A stretch of DNA of 64,000 nt, taken from contig OZ024763.1 of NCBI GenBank assembly GCA_964016885.1, forward strand, positions 14,012,001 to 14,076,000. Reading direction: 5' to 3'. The notes beneath the pieces were generated by a model. The model was not told the DNA's origin, did not search any database, and saw only the letters and a list, made by a program, of their open reading frames with translations. The DNA comes from Eledone cirrhosa (taxonomy: Eukaryota). A program made the position numbers and the translations under genes. This document shows, piece by piece, positions 1-10,936 of the stretch (its first letter is position 1; every line of letters starts with the position of its first letter).

Positions 1-122
1 TATTACTAGATGGGTGTGTCTATTACTAGGTGGGTGTTTCTATTACTAGGTGGGTGTGTTTATCACCAGGTAAGTTTGTCTATTACTATGTAGTTTGTCA
101 ATACCTAGGTAGGTGTGTCTAT
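1..122. repeat. ~20-bp minisatellite (tattactaggtgggtgtgtc)
   Basis: About 6 degenerate copies visible. Confidence 0.8.
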
Positions 123-142
123 AAACAAGAACAATGACTTAC

Positions 143-226
143 CTCAGACTTCAGTCGTTCATTCTCAGCCTGGAGTTCATCATTCTGTCGTAGATGTTCT
201 GATATGGCCATTTGGTCAACTGTTTG
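143..226 (-). CDS. MYO18A: Myosin XVIII coiled-coil tail exon (QTVDQMAISEHLRQNDELQAENERLKSE); gene continues left of window
   Basis: tttttag acceptor and gtaagt donor, 84 nt, phase 0/0; in frame with the preceding exon; matches the 28-aa segment after KAAVAQ in MYO18A as recalled. Confidence 0.88.
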
Positions 227-439
227 CTAAAAACAACAATATACACACACATATATATATATATATATACACACATGGACACATGTAATGTAATGTAATA
301 TATATATATATATATATATGGTTATATATATATATATATAACCATATATATATGGTTATATATATAAAAGAAAATGAGGGGGTTTTTTTTAAATGAAAAA
401 AAAAAGAGATGTCCTACACGAGTGAAAGTATAAGGAATA

Positions 440-1754
440 AAGATGAAATCGAAAATGCAACTGGAGTCTTTTTAAGAATATTTATTTGTTTCCTTTACTA
501 GTTTCGTAGGATTTTCCTCGTATTTGGCTGGTGTTCGAATGTTACTTCGGTTTTATGTGGAAAAAAGTGGTTCGGAATGGCTCTTTAGAAAATTAATTTG
601 GTTGGTCGATGACTCTAACATGAATAAGTAAAATAAATTTTGTGCCAGTTCGTGTTACAAAGTTCTTATTGTATTTGCCTTTAAAAAAACGGGGCTCAGG
701 TTGTTTTTTCATATATAAGTCAAATTTGGTTGGTTGATGCAGTCACGTGAATAAGCGCAGCAACTATCGTACCAGTTCATGTTTGTGGGTTCTTTATTGT
801 CATTTTCACTTAAAAAATTAGCTCGAAAATGTTGTTTCTTTATAAATGTAATTTGATTGGTTATGACTGTCTTGTGAATAAGTACATTAAATTTTGCGCC
901 AGTTCCAGTTCGTATTTGGGGGTTCTTTGTAGCCTACATTAAATTTCGCGCCAGTTCCAGTTCGTATTTGGGGGTTCTTTGTAGCCTACATTAAATTTCG
1001 CGCCAGTTCCAGTTCGTATTTGGGGGTTCTTTGTAGCCGTTTTCACAGTCACATGATTTGTCTTAGAGAGTTTTGTGCCAAACAATAGATAATGGTCAAG
1101 AAAAAAGGGATGGGGAGAATTGTTCTGGTTCAGTGAGTATGCTTGATGTGCTGAGGTGTCAAAATTCAGCCTTTCTATTGAAATAAAGAAAATAGAGATA
1201 TATATTTTTATTTGTGCTCTGGTGTGTGTGTGTGTGTGTATAGGAAAATGATTCCATTAGTAGAAATTGAAAAGGGAGTTAGGTGTGTATGGGTGTTATG
1301 TGTTTGTGTGTGTGTGTGGGGGGGGTATGGTTAGCATGTTAAGGTGGCAACAGGGTAGAGAATATGTGTGTAGGAAAAAGATTCCATTAGTAGAAATGGG
1401 GGAGAGAGTTGTGTGTGTGTGTGTGGGGGGGGGGGGGTATGGTTAGTATGTTAAGGTCTATTTAGCTCTGGTTTTTATTTTCGAATATAGAAGAGGGTGT
1501 TATGTGTCTGTATGTATGTATGTATGTATGTGTCTGTTTGGATGGTTAGCATGTTATCGTGTTAACATATTAATGTATATATATTAAACTATATTTAATG
1601 CTGGTCTATATTTTTGAATAAACATATTTTCCTTATTTATTCGTATTTGGTTTGTTGTATTGTCAGTGCAATAAAATGGGAAGACTTGGAATTTGGGTGT
1701 CTTATCACTTGCGCATATGTCTAGATGTGCACTGAGTGGTATCTGTCTTGTGGT
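440..1754 (-). mobile_element. Penelope-like retroelement 3' fragment: GIY-YIG endonuclease C-terminus (1584-1751) plus repetitive 3' region
   Basis: Minus frame TRQIPLSAHLDICASDKTPKFQVFPFYCTDNTTNQIRINKENMFIQKYRPALNIV* has the H...R..KE..FI....P.LN pattern of GIY-YIG domains; CGAAACTAGTA...AATAAA near 480-506. Confidence 0.7.
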
Positions 1755-1786
1755 AGATATATATATATCTATATATCTATATATAT

Positions 1787-1990
1787 ATATTCATTTTATT
1801 ATGGCTAAAGAGTGAGTCTTGTTACTCTGGAATTTCACCTGTTTATCACAGGGTCATCAACTTGTCTGATGACCCTGTGATAAACAGGCCAAACTCAAGA
1901 GTAACAAGACTCACTCTTTAGCCATAATAAAATGAATATTAAAACTCTACTTCAGTATTGAGTACTCTTTTCTCTCAGCTGTCAACCACA
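1787..1990. mobile_element. Palindromic Penelope-like pseudo-LTR relic with hammerhead motif
   Basis: About 70-bp inverted arms centred near 1863; followed by a gtattgagtactct tail shared with other copies. Confidence 0.65.
1861..1908 (+). ncRNA. Minimal type I hammerhead ribozyme relic (core substitution CAAA for GAAA)
   Basis: CTTGT CTGATGA C CCTG tgataaa CAGG C CAAA CTC aa GAG TA ACAAG; stems I, II and III all pair. Confidence 0.6.
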
Positions 1991-1997
1991 TATGGAT

Positions 1998-2031
<34 letters not shown>

Positions 2032-2367
2032 ATATCTATATACGTCTATATATACGCATACATACATAATTATGGGTGGGCTCCCAATGGGTATTGGGGG
2101 GTGACAAGAGATAAACAAAGGTACTCAATATAGTGTGGGGCATATGTGAGGCTGTGAGAAGGTGTAGGTTGTGTGGGGTAGGTGTGGAGGTATGTAGTAA
2201 GGTGGAGTGTGTGAGGTAGGTGATGGTTACGTGGGGAGGTATGGTTATGTAGGTTAGGTGGAGGTGGGGCTATGGATGTGTGTAAGGGTGGTTTGTAAGG
2301 TATATAGGGAGAAGTGCGAAGGGGTAGGGTCCGTGGGAGAAGGGATAAAAGGAGTGTGTTAACCCAC

Positions 2368-2484
2368 CTGTCGGACAGCAGCTTTATATTTGGTCATTAC
2401 TTCATTCATATCCTCCTCAGCTTCCTCTGTCCGGCTCTGGACATCGGTCAACTCCCTCAATACTGTCATGTAACGTGTTTCCGC
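2368..2484 (-). CDS. MYO18A: Myosin XVIII tail exon (AETRYMTVLRELTDVQSRTEEAEEDMNEVMTKYKAAVRQ)
   Basis: cag acceptor, gtgggt donor, 117 nt; EDMNEVMTKYKAAVRQ resembles MYO18A EDMNELMKKHKAAVAQ. Confidence 0.92.
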
Positions 2485-2541
2485 CTGGACAAGGTCAAAT
2501 GTGGACACATTAAAGACATTTAACACAATATCATATATGAA

Positions 2542-2573
<32 letters not shown>

Positions 2574-2642
2574 CATATATGTGTGCATCTATATATCTAT
2601 ATACATATATAAACACACACGTATGTGCACACACACACACAC

Positions 2643-2898
2643 ATCATCATCATTTTAGGTCCGCTTTTCCCTGCTTGCAAGGGTGGGACGGGTCCTATTC
2701 AGCACAGCATCTCTCCACTTGTCACGGTCCTTCGTCATCTCCACCGTGAGCTTCAGCGATCTGAGGTCTGCTCTCACCACCTCCGCCCATGTTTTTCGTG
2801 GTCTACCTCTACCACGTCTTCCTTCAACTGGCATTTCCTGGAACTTCTTCACCCATCGGTCATCCTCCATGTGCATCACATGTCCATACCATCGCAGT
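2643..2898 (-). mobile_element. RTE-clade LINE 3' end
   Basis: RWYGHVMHMEDDRWVKK...GRRGRGRPRKTW...DRDKWR, then stop and (GAT)n tail. Confidence 0.9.
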
Positions 2899-2936
2899 AT
2901 ATACAATATACATAAAGTATATATATTATATTATAT

Positions 2937-2980
<44 letters not shown>

Positions 2981-3215
2981 TAAATCTCTCCCAAGGTAAC
3001 TCTCTCTCGTGTTGTTATTTTTATTTTATCCTTTATACTCTTTCCTTCATTCTTCTACACATCTTATACACACCACGCATCTCAACGTACACCCACTTAC
3101 ATCTCTCTCTCCACCACCGGATCTTGTTACCCGGAGATTTACCCATTTGCATTGTCGAGGCTTCCAAACGACTTAAAGATATTTACATATATATATATAT
3201 ATGCATACATACATA

Positions 3216-3545
3216 CAGTGTACCTCTGGCATTTGAGGTCCTGGTTATTCGCAGAATTTTCCTTAGAACTTAACTAATAATTGTTTGGGGAGACCACTGC
3301 ATATTTGTGGAGTCATAAGTATCTTCCACATTTTTTTAATGGCTTTTTTAACACTAAATCATTAATAACAATATACCATATTTGCTTGGCCTATTGGATG
3401 TCCCTTTGCATAAGACGCTCGTTCTATTTTTTATTATATTTTGATGTCTATAGCCATTTGTATGGACCACATCCAATATTCACGGTTTTTCACTCTTCGC
3501 AGGTGTTCTAGGAACATAACCACCGCAAATACCGAGAGACAACTG
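3216..3545. mobile_element. Tc1/mariner (Tigger/pogo-like) MITE
   Basis: TA-flanked; imperfect TIRs CAGTGTACCTCTGGCATTTGAGG and CAGTTGTCTCTCGGTATTTGCGG. Confidence 0.6.
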
Positions 3546-3576
3546 TATATATATATATATATATAGTGAGAGACAA

Positions 3577-3613
<37 letters not shown>

Positions 3614-3620
3614 GAGACAA

Positions 3621-3665
<45 letters not shown>

Positions 3666-3672
3666 GAGACAA

Positions 3673-3715
<43 letters not shown>

Positions 3716-3722
3716 GAGACAA

Positions 3723-3761
<39 letters not shown>

Positions 3762-3801
3762 TGTCTCTCGGTATATATATATATATATACAGTTGTCTCT
3801 C

Positions 3802-3861
<60 letters not shown>

Positions 3862-3875
3862 GAGAGACATCTGTG

Positions 3876-3911
<36 letters not shown>

Positions 3912-3919
3912 GAGAGACA

Positions 3920-3959
<40 letters not shown>

Positions 3960-3970
3960 CCGAGAGACAA

Positions 3971-4019
<49 letters not shown>

Positions 4020-4098
4020 GAGAGACAACTGCATATATATATATATATATATACCGAGAGACAACTGTATATATATACACATATATACCGAGAGACAA

Positions 4099-4147
<49 letters not shown>

Positions 4148-4262
4148 AAGAGACAACTATATATATACACATATATACCGAGAGACAACTATATATATAT
4201 ATATATACCAAGAGACAACTGTATATATATACCGAAAGACAACTGTATATATATACACATAT
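3530..4262. repeat. Array of MITE terminus (ccgagagacaactg) alternating with (TA)n
   Basis: Roughly 18 copies; two are inverted at ~3756-3803. Confidence 0.85.
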
Positions 4263-4279
4263 ATGCATAAGTTACTCAC

Positions 4280-4393
4280 GTCTTGTTTTCCTTTCGACAT
4301 TTCCTCCAGTTGTTGTTGTAATTCTTCCAACTCAATTTCTAGATTCTTCTTAGCTTTGACAGCAGAGGCTGCAGTGAAGGCTGCATCTTCCAG
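4280..4393 (-). CDS. MYO18A: Myosin XVIII tail exon ([38 protein letters not shown])
   Basis: tttcag acceptor, gtgagt donor, 114 nt; resembles MYO18A [21 protein letters not shown]. Confidence 0.93.
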
Positions 4394-4547
4394 CTGAAAT
4401 ATAGACACCATGATGACCACTGGTCAGTGGAAGGGGACACAGAAGATTGACCTTTGGTCAGATGAAGGAGACAGTGCCAGTGGACAGAGAATAGTGAAAA
4501 TATGCAGCAAACTAAAGCAAGTAATCTAATATTTAATATGATGCATT

Positions 4548-5830
4548 ACTGTCAGCAGTGATTTGCGTTGGACGAAGCACGTCTCTAAAATTGTCAAGAA
4601 GGCCAAGGGTGTCTTAGCATGACTCAGCAAGACCTTTGCCAGCCGCTCTCCAGCTATCTATTTAAAGCTGTATATAGCTACGGTGCGGCTTCACTTAGAA
4701 TTTGCATCACCAGTCTGGAAACCCTATCTTGCTCAGAACATTGACCGCCTGGAAACTGTTCAGAGACGTGCAACCAAGCAAATACCCTCCATCAGGCATC
4801 TACCATACTCTGAACGCCTTGCTTCCCTGGGCATGGATACATTGAAGCATGGCAGCTGACTTGGTAAACACCCACAAAATTATTAACCATCTTGCCAACA
4901 ACAACCCTGAGTACCTTTTTGATTTCCATGTGTCTAACACACGTGGGCATGCCCACAAAGTCAGAAAACAACACAGTTCCCATGACTTTCGGACACATTT
5001 CTTCATGCTCAGATTTACTGAAGCATGGAACAAACTACCTGCATCAGTTGTTAGCTGTCAAGACACTGCATCCTTTAAAACCTCCATGGAACAAACTACC
5101 TGCATCAGTTGTTAGCTGCTGAGACACTGCATCCTTTAAGACCTCCATGGAACAAACTACCTACATCAGTTGTTAGCTGTCAAGACACTGCATCCTTTAA
5201 AACCTCCATGGAACAAACTACCTACATCAGTTGTTAGCTGTCGAGACACTGCATCCTTTAAAACCTCCATGGAACAAACTACCTACATCAGTTGTTAGCT
5301 GTCGAGACACTGCATTCTTTAAAACCTCCATGGAACAAACTACCTGCATCAGTTGTTAGCTGTCGAGACACTGCATCCTTTAAAACCTCCATGGAACAAA
5401 CTACCTGCATCAGTTGTTAGCTGTCGAGACACTGCATCCTTTAAAACCTCCATGGAACAAACTACCTACATCAGTTGTTAGCTGTCGAGACACTGCATCC
5501 TTTAAAACCTCCATGGAACAAACTACCTACATCAGTTGTTAGCTGTCGAGACACTGCATCCTTTAAAACCTCCATGGAACAAACTACCTGCATCAGTTGT
5601 TAGCTGTCGAGACACTGCATCCTTTAAAACCTCCATGCTTCCTAAGATTCGCCAACAGTACACCAGATATCCCTCCTCCATACACACGCACACATGTATA
5701 TCATGACTCATACACTATTCACTTCCCTGACATTTGTATATTATTCTATGTACTATACATGCACCTTTGACGTGTTGTAGTGCACCTGAGCACTGTACAC
5801 AATAATTTCATTATTATTATATTATTATTA
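4548..5830 (+). mobile_element. CR1-clade LINE 3' fragment with internal 61-bp tandem array (~5024-5637, ~10 copies)
   Basis: LEFASPVWKPYL...LETVQRRATK...YSERL...TRGH...FF..R...WNKLP; (ATT)n tail. Confidence 0.88.
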
Positions 5831-6225
5831 TAATATTGTTTTGAAGTTTTTAAAAATATCTTACTCATGTGGTTTGTTAATTTAAATGTTTATAGTATCT
5901 TTACTAGTGGACAGAGTTTTGTGAAACTTTGCAGTATTAGAGTAAAGACTTCAATATTTAATGCCATGCAGTCATAACGTTGTTTTGTACTTTCCAAGAA
6001 TGTCTTGTTAATGCGGTTTGTTAATTTATATGTTTATAGTATCTTTATTAGTGAACAGATTGTTGCGAAAATTGGCTGTATTAGGGTAAATACTTTAATA
6101 TGTAATGTGATATAGTCATAATGTTGTTTTGTGCTTTATAACAATGTCTTGTTAATGTGATTTTGTTGCGGAAGAGATTAAGAATTAAACAACCGTTCTA
6201 ATGATTCAGCCAATTCACCATATAA

Positions 6226-7250
6226 CTGACTGGAGGATCAGTGAAGCTACTGGGGTCTTTACTATATACCTGACTGGAGGATCAGTGAAGCTACTGGGGT
6301 CTTTACTATATACCAGACTAAAGGAGGATCAGTGAAGCTACTGGGGTCTTTACTATATACCAGACTAAAGGAGGATCAGTGAAGCTACTGGGGTCTTTAC
6401 TATATACCAGACTAAAGGAGGATCAGTGAAGCTACTGGGGTCTTTACTATATACCAGACTAAAGGAGGATCAGTGAAGCTACTGGGGTCTTTACTATATA
6501 CCTGACTGGAGGAGGATCAGTGAAGCTACTGGGGTCTTTACTATATACCAGACTAAAGGAGGATCAGTGAAGCTACTGGGGTCTTTACTATATACCAGAC
6601 TAAAGGAGGATCAGTGAAGCTACTGGGGTCTTTACTATATACCTGACTGGAGGAGGATCAGTTAAGCTACTGGGGTCTTTACTATATACCTGACTGGAAG
6701 AGGATCAGTTAAGCTACTGGGGTCTTTACTATATACCAGACTGGAGGAGGATCAGTGAAGCTACTGGGGTCTTTACTATATACCTGACTGGAGGAGGATC
6801 AGTTAAGCTACTGGGGTCTTTACTATATACCAGACTGGAGGAGGATCAGTGAAGCTACTGGGGTCTTTACTATATACCTGACTGGAGGAGGATCAGTGAA
6901 GCTACTGGGGTCTTTACTATATACCAGACTAAAGGAGGATCAGTGAAGCTACTGGGGTCTTTACTATATACCTGACTAAAGGAGGATCAGTGAAGCTACT
7001 GGGGTCTTTACTATATACCTGACTGGAGGAGGATCAGTGAAGCTACTGGGGTCTTTACTATATACCTGACTAAAGGAGGATCAGTGAAGCTACTGGGGTC
7101 TTTACTATATACCTGACTGGAGGAGGATCAGTGAAGCTACTGGGGTCTTTACTATATACCTGACTGGAGGAGGATCAGTGAAGCTACTGGGGTCTTTACC
7201 AGATACCTGAATACAGGAGGATCAGCGAAACGTGGGTCTTTACTTACCTG
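6226..7250. repeat. 47-bp minisatellite, ~21 copies, abutting a MYO18A donor
   Basis: Unit ctgactggaggaggatcagtgaagctactggggtctttactatatac. Confidence 0.95.
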
Positions 7251-7375
7251 ATTCCTCAGTTGTCGTATCGTAGCTTTAGAGTTCTCCGTACTCTGTTGTT
7301 TCTGAATCACAGTCTCAGCATCTCGGAGGAGGGCCTTTGTACGACGAAGGTCTTTCTTCAGCTTCCTCTCGTTAT
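7248..7375 (-). CDS. MYO18A: Myosin XVIII tail exon ((D)NERKLKKDLRRTKALLRDAETVIQKQQSTENSKATIRQLRNQ)
   Basis: cacag acceptor (phase 1), gtaagt donor, 128 nt; resembles MYO18A EKRLRKDLKRTKALLADAQ...IAQLKNQ. Confidence 0.93.
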
Positions 7376-7707
7376 CTGTGAACACAAACATAACATACAT
7401 CTCAGTGAGGAATACAAACAAAGGGATGGTGGCCCTTCCTTGGACAGAGAGGGTCATTGTAGTATCTCAGGGGATCAATCTAGTGCTAGCATATCCTGTC
7501 ATAAATGAGTTGTAATGTCACTAGTGTCAAGTTGTATTGGTTTTTACCTTTCTTTTGGACAACATCATATATAGTGAATATATAGTGTGTATATAGAGTG
7601 TATATATTGTATGTATATATAGTATGTATATATATTGTATATATAGTGCATATATAATGTATATATAGTATGTAGATATAGTGTATATATAATATATATA
7701 TCAACAG

Positions 7708-7945
7708 TCAATCGACAAGATCCCAGACCTGGGGTGGAGCTCCTCAAATTGGGCCGAGGAAACTATTTCCATTGGTCTTTCCAGTTGCTAATACTATCTG
7801 TCAGTAGCAAATTCAGACAGAAGGAGCTACGTGAAATAAAGTATCTTGCTCAAGGATATAACCCAGCGCCCAGTCTAGGAATCGAAATCACAACCTCACA
7901 ATTGTGAATCCAATTCACTAACCACTCAGCCACACGCATTCACCA
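7708..7945 (-). mobile_element. tRNA-derived CORE-like SINE (family B); another copy at 17758-18013
   Basis: A box tggctgagtgg, B-box-like ttcgattcc, and ccttgagcaagatactt core on the minus strand. Confidence 0.75.
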
Positions 7946-8494
7946 TATATATATGTAATGTGGCTGTGTAGGTAACACAGTAAAAACCTCCCAGTTCCAC
8001 ACTGTAAATGTGGTTGGTGTTAGGAAGGGCATCCAGCCATAGAAAACCTGCCAGACGGTCCTATACAAGCGAAATACGGTCACCCGACCAGCCTTGCCTC
8101 AACTGGGACAACTCCCGTCTAACCCATGCTAGCATGGAAAATGGACGTTAAACAATGATGATGATGATATATAGTGTATATATAATATATCCTTGCAAGC
8201 AGGGAAAAGCGGATGTAAAATGATGATGATGATGTGTATATAGTTTGTATATATATATATATAGTGCATATATAGTATATATATGAGTTGTGACATCACT
8301 GGTGTCAAACAGTATCAGCCATTGCCTTTCCCTTGGACATCCGTGTCTCAAATAGAAGGGAGTCTGGCAGGCATGAGGTGGCTACTGGTCTTGTCCGGGC
8401 TTATGTCATGGAGCAGAACTGTCTAAATACAAACCCATGATCAGTAATGACCAAAGGGGGCTCTCCTATTAATTGAGGGGCAATTAAGGGTTTC

Positions 8495-8760
8495 TGTGTG
8501 GCCAAGTGGTAAAGGTATTGGACTTATGGTCATAATATCATGGGCTCGATTCCTGAACTGGTTTGCGTGTTGTGTTCTTGAGCAAAACACTTCATTTCAC
8601 GTTGCTCCAGTAGACTCAGCTGAAAATGAGTACCAGTAATAGCTGGAGGTTTAACCCTGTCTCAGAGGTAGTCTTGTATTCTCAGTTGCTTAACACCATG
8701 GAAACCACGATAAGCACCAGCCTGATGAGCCCCCAGGCTCGAGATAGACTTTAGACTTAG
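8495..8760 (+). mobile_element. tRNA-derived SINE (family C)
   Basis: tggccaagtgg...ggctcgattcc...cttgagcaaaacactt; homologous to 37486-37778. Confidence 0.75.
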
Positions 8761-10492
8761 TGTGAACTACTCACTGAAGAAGGGGCTTTAATTCTTACAC
8801 CTGAGCCTTCCTAAAACTTGAGGGGTAACATAGAACAGGTTTGTGTGTGAGTTATTCACTGAAAAAGGATTTCAATAGTTACAACTGGGCCCTCCTATAA
8901 ATTGAAGGGCAACATAGACAGGGTTTCTGTGTGAGCTATTCACTGAAAAAGGGTTTCAATAGTTACAACTGGGCCCTCCTATAAAATGAAGGGCAACATA
9001 GACAGGGTTTCTGTGTGAGCTATTCACTGAAAAAGGGTTTCAATAGTTACAACTGGGCCCTCCTATAAATTGAAGGGCAACATAGACAGGGTTTCTGTGT
9101 GAGCTATTCACTGAAAAAGGGTTTCAATAGTTACAACTGGGCCCTCCTATAAAATGAAGGGCAACATAGACAGGGTTTCTGTGTGAGCTATTCACTGAAA
9201 AAGGGTTTCAATAGTTACAACTGGGCCCTCCTATAAATTGAAGGGCAACATAGACAGGGTTTCTGTGTGAGCTATTCACTGAGGAAGGGGTTTCAATAGT
9301 TACAACTGGGCCCTCCTATAAATTGAAGGGCAACATAGACAGGGTTTCTGTGTGAGCTATTCACCGAGGAGGGGGTTTAAATAGTTACAACTGGGCCCTC
9401 CTATAAAATAAAGTGCAACATAGACAGGGTTTCTGTGTGAGCAATTCACTGAGGAAGGGGTTTCAATAGTTACAACTGGGCCCTCCTATAAAATGAAGTG
9501 CAACATAGACAGGGTTTCTGTGTGAGCTATTCACTGAAAAAGGGTTTCAATAGTTACAACTGGGCCCTCCTATAAAATGAAGGGCAACATAGACAGGGTT
9601 TCTGTGTGAGCTATTCACTGAAAAAGGGTTTCAATAGTTACAACTGGGCCCTCCTATAAATTGAAGGGCAACATAGACAGGGTTTCTGTGTGAGATATTC
9701 ACTGAAAAAGGGTTTCAATAGTTACAACTGGGCCCTCCTATAAAATGAAGGGCAACATAGACAGGGTTTCTGTGTGAGCTATTCACTGAGGAAGGGGTTT
9801 CAATAGTTACAACTGGGCCCTCCTATAAATTGAAGGGCAACATAGACAGGGTTTCTGTGTGAGCTATTCACTGAGGAAGGGGTTTCAATAGTTACAACTG
9901 GGCCCTCCTATAAAATGAAGTGCAACATAGACAGGGTTTCTGTGTGAGCTATTCACTGAAAAAGGGTTTCAATAGTTACAACTGGGCCCTCCTATAAAAT
10001 GAAGTGCAACATAGACAGGGTTTCTGTGTGAGCTATTCACTGAGGAAGGGGTTTCAATAGTTACAACTGGGCCCTCCTATAAAATGAAGGGCAACATAGA
10101 CAGGGTTTCTGTGTGAGCTATTCACTGAGGAAGGGGTTTCAATAGTTACAACTGGGCCCTCCTATAAAATGAAGTGCAACATAGACAGGGTTTCTGTGTG
10201 AGCTATTCACTGAAAAAGGGTTTCAATAGTTACAACTGGGCCCTCCTATAAAATGAAGTGCAACATAGACAGGGTTTCTGTGTGAGCTATTCACTGAGGA
10301 AGGGGTTTCAATAGTTACAACTGGGCCCTCCTATAAAATGAAGGGCAACATAGACAGGGTTTCTGTGTGAGCTATTCACTGAGGAAGGGGTTTCAATAGT
10401 TACAACTGGGCCCTCCTATAAATTGAAGGGCAACATAGACAGGATTTCTGTGTGAGCTATTCACTGAGGAAGGGGTTTCAATACTTACCACT
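8760..10492. repeat. 84/85-bp tandem array, ~20 copies, abutting a MYO18A donor
   Basis: Unit ctgaaaaagggtttcaatagttacaactgggccctcctataaaatgaagggcaacatagacagggtttctgtgtgagctattca. Confidence 0.95.
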
Positions 10493-10612
10493 GTTGTTCT
10501 GTACCCCTTGGGTCATCATCTCCTGCACCTGTCGTTCCAGTTCTCGTTTGTCCTGCATCAACAATCTCTTGTCATCATATTCCTCTTCCAACTGACTCTC
10601 CAACTGTTTCAG
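10489..10612 (-). CDS. MYO18A: Myosin XVIII tail exon (LKQLESQLEEEYDDKRLLMQDKRELERQVQEMMTQGVQNNS)
   Basis: tgtag acceptor, gtaagt donor, 124 nt; phase-1 end fits the next exon; resembles MYO18A [26 protein letters not shown]. Confidence 0.92.
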
Positions 10613-10623
10613 CTACAACAAAC

Positions 10624-10823
10624 NNNNNNNNNNNNNNNNNNNNNNNNNNNNNNNNNNNNNNNNNNNNNNNNNNNNNNNNNNNNNNNNNNNNNNNNNNNNN
10701 NNNNNNNNNNNNNNNNNNNNNNNNNNNNNNNNNNNNNNNNNNNNNNNNNNNNNNNNNNNNNNNNNNNNNNNNNNNNNNNNNNNNNNNNNNNNNNNNNNNN
10801 NNNNNNNNNNNNNNNNNNNNNNN
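10624..10823. other. Assembly gap (200 N)
   Basis: Run of exactly 200 N, typical of a fixed-size scaffolding gap. Confidence 0.99.
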
Positions 10824-10936
10824 TTCATGTCAGACAATCTTTCCATGAAACAGTAGTGGCACATATGTGTTATTTAAGTGCATTTCGATAAATAAAAAGA
10901 GCAATTTATTAAAGTAGATGAATATTGAATATTTAA

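Noticed and set aside
3530-4262. CRISPR-like repeat-spacer appearance
   Set aside because: Spacers are (TA)n, there are no cas genes, and the context is a eukaryotic intron
3434-4397. Long Y/I-rich ORFs (also 56516-57414, 59921-61393, 62228-62752)
   Set aside because: Translations of (TA)n, (TG)n and AT-rich repeats that lack stop codons; only the 4280-4393 exon within them is real
8760-10485. Hammerhead in the 84-bp unit (CTGAGGA; GAAACCCTGTC)
   Set aside because: The two motifs lie on opposite strands
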